64,000 nucleotides of DNA from an uncultured Ruficoccus sp. (lineage in GTDB: Bacteria > Verrucomicrobiota > Verrucomicrobiia > Opitutales > Cerasicoccaceae): positions 32,001-96,000 of the forward strand of contig OZ223510.1 in NCBI GenBank assembly GCA_965140785.1, read 5' to 3'. The stretch's first letter is position 1; the number at the start of each line of letters is the position of its first letter. Position numbers and translations under genes: made by a program. This document shows positions 59,647 through 64,000 of the stretch, piece after piece. The notes beneath the pieces are model-generated. The model saw only the letters and a program-made list of their open reading frames with translations. It made no database searches and was not told where the DNA came from.

Positions 59647-60294
59647 ATGTTACAGATGAAAGTATTGACTCTCGTTGTCGGATTTCTCGCCGTGGCTTGC
59701 CCCAGTATATGGGCGAAAGACGAATTGGTGATTTCTCCCTCTGCCGATTCCTATGTGTTAGGTGGAAAATCATCGACGGAGAACTACGGAAGCGACCACA
59801 CCTTCCTGGTGCGGCATTCCTCAAATGCTGCTTATAATCGCATTGGGTATGTACAGTTTCCCATTGGAGAGATCGGGGATGGGCAGAAGCTTGCCTCGGC
59901 AAGCCTGATCCTGAGGCTGGCATCGGTCTTCCGCGGGCGGGATACGGACGCCACTGTTCAAGTCTATGGCCTGGCCGCTATCGATTGGGAGGAGAGTCGG
60001 CTCACCGATGACAATGCCCCGGTAGCTGCAAAAATGTCCGAATCGATTCCGACTTCCGCCGCCACCTTGTTGGGGGACTTTACGGTTCCCTCTGCCGCCC
60101 AGGCTAGCCCGGGCCTGGAGTTTTCCGTCTCGGGGAAGTCCGTGGTCGATTATATTGATCAGGCTCGGAGTCAGGGCGCAAGGTTTGTGACTTTTTTAAT
60201 CGTTGAAAAGGATGTGACCGCGAATTCAGTGGCTTTCATTGCCAGGGAAAACCCCAGCTTTCAGGCCAGTACGCTTGAGCTAACCCTTCAGTAG
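59647..60294 (+). CDS. Exported DNRLRE/CBM96-like domain protein without an anchor
   Basis: ADSYV..NYG..RIGYVQF..WEESRLTDDNAP..ARE. Confidence 0.8.
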   Translation: MLQMKVLTLVVGFLAVACPSIWAKDELVISPSADSYVLGGKSSTENYGSDHTFLVRHSSNAAYNRIGYVQFPIGEIGDGQKLASASLILRLASVFRGRDTDATVQVYGLAAIDWEESRLTDDNAPVAAKMSESIPTSAATLLGDFTVPSAAQASPGLEFSVSGKSVVDYIDQARSQGARFVTFLIVEKDVTANSVAFIARENPSFQASTLELTLQ

Positions 60295-60362
60295 GGGAGA
60301 CCGTTCCTCGCGGCTGGTCCGTCTTTTTTTTCACAGGTGCGGAATCTCGAAGCTGCACTGAC

Positions 60363-62207
60363 TTGAATCTTATGTACCCTTATATGTCTTTATCAAGCTG
60401 CATGCCTGCGCGTCTTTGGCGCAGCGCTGGACTCACGCTCCTGGCTGGTGCTTGCGCGCTGGGCGTTGCTGCCGAGGATGTCTCGACGGCAGACATACAC
60501 CTCACGTCTACGGCTGGTCGCGTTCAGGGGTTTGATACGATACAGGCGGCCGTGGATGTGGCTGGCCCGGGAGACGTGATCGAGGTGGGAGCTGGCACTT
60601 ACCACGAGTCTGTTCAGTTTTCGCGTTCCGGTACGTCGGATCAGCCCATTACCTTGAAGGGCAAGGACGGCGCCCATGTTGTCATCGATGGTGCGTATCG
60701 ATCCTTGCAGGAAATAGATGAGCCAGTGTGGCAGTCGTGGGAATTTGAAGGAAAGAAAATGTATAAGGCGGTTTTGCCCTTTACGGGAGAGCCTTCCATC
60801 CTGGCCATTGGGACATGGATCTCACGCTATGGGGTCCCTGGCTCGAACGGTTGTGATCAACTGATCGCAAGCTATGCCAGCCTGGCTGCCTTGAAGGATG
60901 CGGTTCGTGGTCCGGGGAGTTTTCGGCGGGGCAGTGAAGTTTTTCTTTGTTTGGATGAAAATGAGAATCCCAATGAGATTCCACTCAGTATCGGCAGTTG
61001 CGTTGCGGTTTTGGACTTGGGTAGCCAGAGTGGTATCCATATCCAAAACCTGGAGATTCGTAATGCCGGTTGGGCCGGTATCCGATTGGGTGATTCTGGC
61101 GCTCAGGAAGTGATGGGGATGGAAGAGCTTGACCTTGCCGATTTGAATGACGGCGTGGACTATTCCGACGTAGAGATCAGCAACGTGACGATCCGCAATT
61201 GCTTCCGGGGAATTTCCACCGGGAGGCTCAAGGGCGAGCATGTGACGATTGAAGGAGTCGTTGTCGCCAATGGAGTACAGGACGACATCTGGCCCTGGGG
61301 CGGGGCCTATACTGCGGGGGTGGGGCGTGCGGCAGGAAATAATTCCGACGACTTGGCTCCTTGGCGCGGTTTTGGCATTCGCCTGACGAACCTCAGTTAC
61401 AGCGAGGTTAAGGATAGCGTGGTCAGCGGCCAGTGGGATGGGATGGGGCTCAAGAAATGCCACTACGTGCAAGTTCACAATTGCACGCTACGGAATTTGA
61501 TGGACGATGCCGTCGAGCTCGAGTCGCTCGATCAGAGTGAAATACAATTCAATAATAACCTTTTGTATAATGTGTTTGCGGGCGTAAGCGTAACGGCAAA
61601 CACACCGGGGCCCATTTATGTTTACCGAAATGTCGCGGAGGTAACTCATCCCGGCGGCCGGTCATTCGTGGCTTCGTACGGTGTTAAGAGCGGCTTGGAT
61701 AACTATGGGAAGGCCGATAACGTTAAAATCTACCAGAACACTTTCTACACGCACAGCTACTCGGTTTGGGAGAAATACGGGGACCCTGCCGAGAACAGAT
61801 GGAACGGGTATGATTTTATCAACAATATATTCTATGTGTATGGGGAAGGTCGGGGGAATTATAATTTCAGAGGCCTGAGCAAGGAGGAAAGTGGCGCTGA
61901 AAATCATTGGGCGGGGAATGTTTACAACCGTGACAAACCTGAGGATGAACAGCTATCCATCACCGATGAAAATCTGGCGACATATTTCATGGATACTGAT
62001 GTTTCGGGACCGGGAGAGGCCAGAGATCTTCGCCTTCAGCCTGACTTGATATCCTGGCCGTCGGGGAGCACTTACGCGATTGATGAGGGATGGCCGGACG
62101 ACAGCGTCTCGGACTCCGACTACATAGAAAGAGGGGCTTGGCGGCCGGACATGGACGCCGGGAAAATTGGGGCACCCGAATCCGTGCTTAAGCGGGTTAA
62201 CCCCTGA
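60363..62207 (+). CDS. Exported right-handed beta-helix protein (pectate-lyase-like fold)
   Basis: TIQAAVDVAGPGDVIEVGAGTYHE..SGTSDQPITL; MDDAVELE; GPIYVYRN. Start uncertain. Confidence 0.8.
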   Translation: MNLMYPYMSLSSCMPARLWRSAGLTLLAGACALGVAAEDVSTADIHLTSTAGRVQGFDTIQAAVDVAGPGDVIEVGAGTYHESVQFSRSGTSDQPITLKGKDGAHVVIDGAYRSLQEIDEPVWQSWEFEGKKMYKAVLPFTGEPSILAIGTWISRYGVPGSNGCDQLIASYASLAALKDAVRGPGSFRRGSEVFLCLDENENPNEIPLSIGSCVAVLDLGSQSGIHIQNLEIRNAGWAGIRLGDSGAQEVMGMEELDLADLNDGVDYSDVEISNVTIRNCFRGISTGRLKGEHVTIEGVVVANGVQDDIWPWGGAYTAGVGRAAGNNSDDLAPWRGFGIRLTNLSYSEVKDSVVSGQWDGMGLKKCHYVQVHNCTLRNLMDDAVELESLDQSEIQFNNNLLYNVFAGVSVTANTPGPIYVYRNVAEVTHPGGRSFVASYGVKSGLDNYGKADNVKIYQNTFYTHSYSVWEKYGDPAENRWNGYDFINNIFYVYGEGRGNYNFRGLSKEESGAENHWAGNVYNRDKPEDEQLSITDENLATYFMDTDVSGPGEARDLRLQPDLISWPSGSTYAIDEGWPDDSVSDSDYIERGAWRPDMDAGKIGAPESVLKRVNP

Positions 62208-62228
62208 ATATGAGATTTTAACAACAGC

Positions 62229-64000
62229 GTGAACAAAAGAGCCCAGAAAACGACGGAAGATAGAGCGGGGTTTGCGCTGATTTTGGCCATATCCCTGATG
62301 GCCTTTTTGCTACTCTTGACCATCGCCCTTTCGACTCTGGTCAGGGTTGAGGTCTCCGTTGTCAATACCAGCCAACTGCAAACGATTGCCCGGCAAAACG
62401 CGCTTCTGGGCCTGACGGTTGCGATTGGAAATTTACAGACAACACTCGGGCCGGATCAGCGGGTATCCGCGCAGGCTAATATCTTGACGGGCGCAGACGC
62501 CCCTTCGAGTGCGGCCTACTACTGGACCGGGGTTTGGAATGCGGATGCGAATCACCCCGATTACGAGCTAGGTGAGCGTGTGGCCTGGCTGGTATCCGGT
62601 TCTCCGGACACGGATAACGGGCATCAGGTGAACGCGGGGGATTCCTGGGTTACCTTGTTCGGAAGCCATCTGGGCGCAAATAATCCAGAGCGTATTCGTT
62701 TACCCCGGGTGGAGATTGCCAGCGGTGGACCTATGGCGGGTAGCTATGCCTGGTGGGTTAGCGATGAGGGTGTAAAAGTCCGCTATAACAACGACGCGGA
62801 TGTGGTCTTTGGCGAGAGTGACCAAAATGGTGACCTGCGCTTATCCAGCCCGTCACACGCGGATATCGGCTCCTATGCGCTGCTCGGAGATTATAATGCC
62901 AATACCATGAATACGGAGGCGGTATTGGGATTTGACACGCTGCCGCTTGTGCATGGCGACAGCGAACTGAAAAATCCGTCGAGCCAGGCCCGGGCGCAGT
63001 TAGAGCATGAGCTGTCTTTTTCCAGCGTGGGCTTGCTGACCGATACCCGAAACGGAGGGCTGAAGCAGGATCTGACGGTACTGTTTGAGGGGGACGGAGC
63101 ACTACCGGACCTCGGCACGGGATTGCCCGATATGGATTTGTTTAAGTCGTTTTACAGTTTAAAGGATGATATTAATGACAGCGGTGTTGACGCGAATATC
63201 TCTCCCCGGAGACAGACGGCGACCGAGCACGGAATTGCACCGGTGCTGACCAATTTTCTTTTCAATTTCGGGTTTGCACCCTCGCAGTATGCCGACCCCG
63301 CCACGGTGCTGATCACGATGCGTCCGATTATTGTATTGGCCAATCCCTACAATATCAAATTGACCGCGGCCGACTACACAGTTCAGTGGAAGCCCGGGAG
63401 TCACGGAGACCCTCCCAAGGTGGCCGTGAAAATACTCGATCCTGATCCTGCGTTCAGAGAGGCTATTTCGCTTACCTTACCCTTGGACACTCTATTCGGA
63501 ACATCGTTGAGCTTTCAGCTTCCGAATGTGGCATTTGAACCCGGCGAGGTGAAGATTTTTACACTGAATGCGACGGCGCCGTTCGAGTTGCCCGCTGCGG
63601 GCGTGTCTATGACCAATGAGGGAATTCCTTCCAGTGCCTATGTCTGGGTGGACAGTGGGCAGGTGCCGAAGCCCGGTGCGACCCGGAGTAAAGGGGGCAT
63701 GGCGATGCGGGCAGGGTATAACGACTTCGTCCTCCAGATTAACGGGTCAGATGCCCAGCGGATCGAGGACGTCTTTAGTCCCGGTACTTATCTCGACACG
63801 GGGAGTGGGGCGGTCTCCATGGATGATGCCGACGGCGTACCCCTCGAATCCGTGCTGTGGGGGGTGCCGGACCGATTTAACTTTAAGACTACCTCTGATG
63901 ACAGGAACAGCTTTGGACCTACAGATAATAACACCGATGGAAGCTTTAGAGATGTACGTGGTTCGGCCTGGCTGGTGTGCGGAAATATCCGTGCTCCGCG
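62229..64000 (+). CDS. Second large PilX/Verru_Chthon A-like protein (3' partial, absent from the ORF track)
   Basis: GTG start; RAGFALILAISLMAFLLLLTIAL..ARQNALLGL..LGPDQRVSA..YWTGVW..WLVSG..WVSDEGVK..GLLTDTRNGGLKQDL. Confidence 0.88.
   Translation, partial: MNKRAQKTTEDRAGFALILAISLMAFLLLLTIALSTLVRVEVSVVNTSQLQTIARQNALLGLTVAIGNLQTTLGPDQRVSAQANILTGADAPSSAAYYWTGVWNADANHPDYELGERVAWLVSGSPDTDNGHQVNAGDSWVTLFGSHLGANNPERIRLPRVEIASGGPMAGSYAWWVSDEGVKVRYNNDADVVFGESDQNGDLRLSSPSHADIGSYALLGDYNANTMNTEAVLGFDTLPLVHGDSELKNPSSQARAQLEHELSFSSVGLLTDTRNGGLKQDLTVLFEGDGALPDLGTGLPDMDLFKSFYSLKDDINDSGVDANISPRRQTATEHGIAPVLTNFLFNFGFAPSQYADPATVLITMRPIIVLANPYNIKLTAADYTVQWKPGSHGDPPKVAVKILDPDPAFREAISLTLPLDTLFGTSLSFQLPNVAFEPGEVKIFTLNATAPFELPAAGVSMTNEGIPSSAYVWVDSGQVPKPGATRSKGGMAMRAGYNDFVLQINGSDAQRIEDVFSPGTYLDTGSGAVSMDDADGVPLESVLWGVPDRFNFKTTSDDRNSFGPTDNNTDGSFRDVRGSAWLVCGNIRAP

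Noticed and set aside
60295..60332. Terminator after the 59647 gene
   Set aside because: A T run is present but the preceding stem is weak and interrupted.
1..64000. CRISPR array, cas genes, rRNA, integrase/transposase or phage genes
   Set aside because: No regularly spaced repeat-spacer units and no recognisable motifs for these were seen.

Overview
This is GC-rich bacterial DNA. The combination of PEP-CTERM proteins, a prepilin/H-X9-DG-type protein, Verru_Chthon cassette A-like proteins and Opitutae-style LacI regulators suggests Verrucomicrobiota, class Opitutia (inference). A housekeeping block at about 23-33.5 kb (hybrid histidine kinase, PP2C phosphatase, transglutaminase, DinG helicase, L,D-transpeptidase, asd, tRNA-Val) is flanked by two carbohydrate-utilisation regions. 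The left region (1-23 kb) holds AraC/LacI regulators, an SGNH esterase, a Gfo/Idh/MocA + ThuA pair, three GH10 paralogs, a decayed ABC sugar transporter with a 162-bp MITE, two PEP-CTERM paralogs, a pilin-like protein and a frameshifted GH2. The right region (33.5-64 kb) holds IclR/AraC/LacI regulators, four beta-helix (GH110/lyase-like) proteins, a large GH42-like protein, an SSS symporter, DNRLRE-like proteins, two more PEP-CTERM proteins and two large PilX/Verru_Chthon-A-like proteins. The main candidate system is a module that recurs three times: regulator + PEP-CTERM protein + pilin-like protein + CAZymes (+ inner-membrane transporter), with no TonB/SusCD genes. Two of the modules are tied together by palindromic operator motifs visible in the DNA. 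All family assignments come from motif recognition by eye; no database searches were run.
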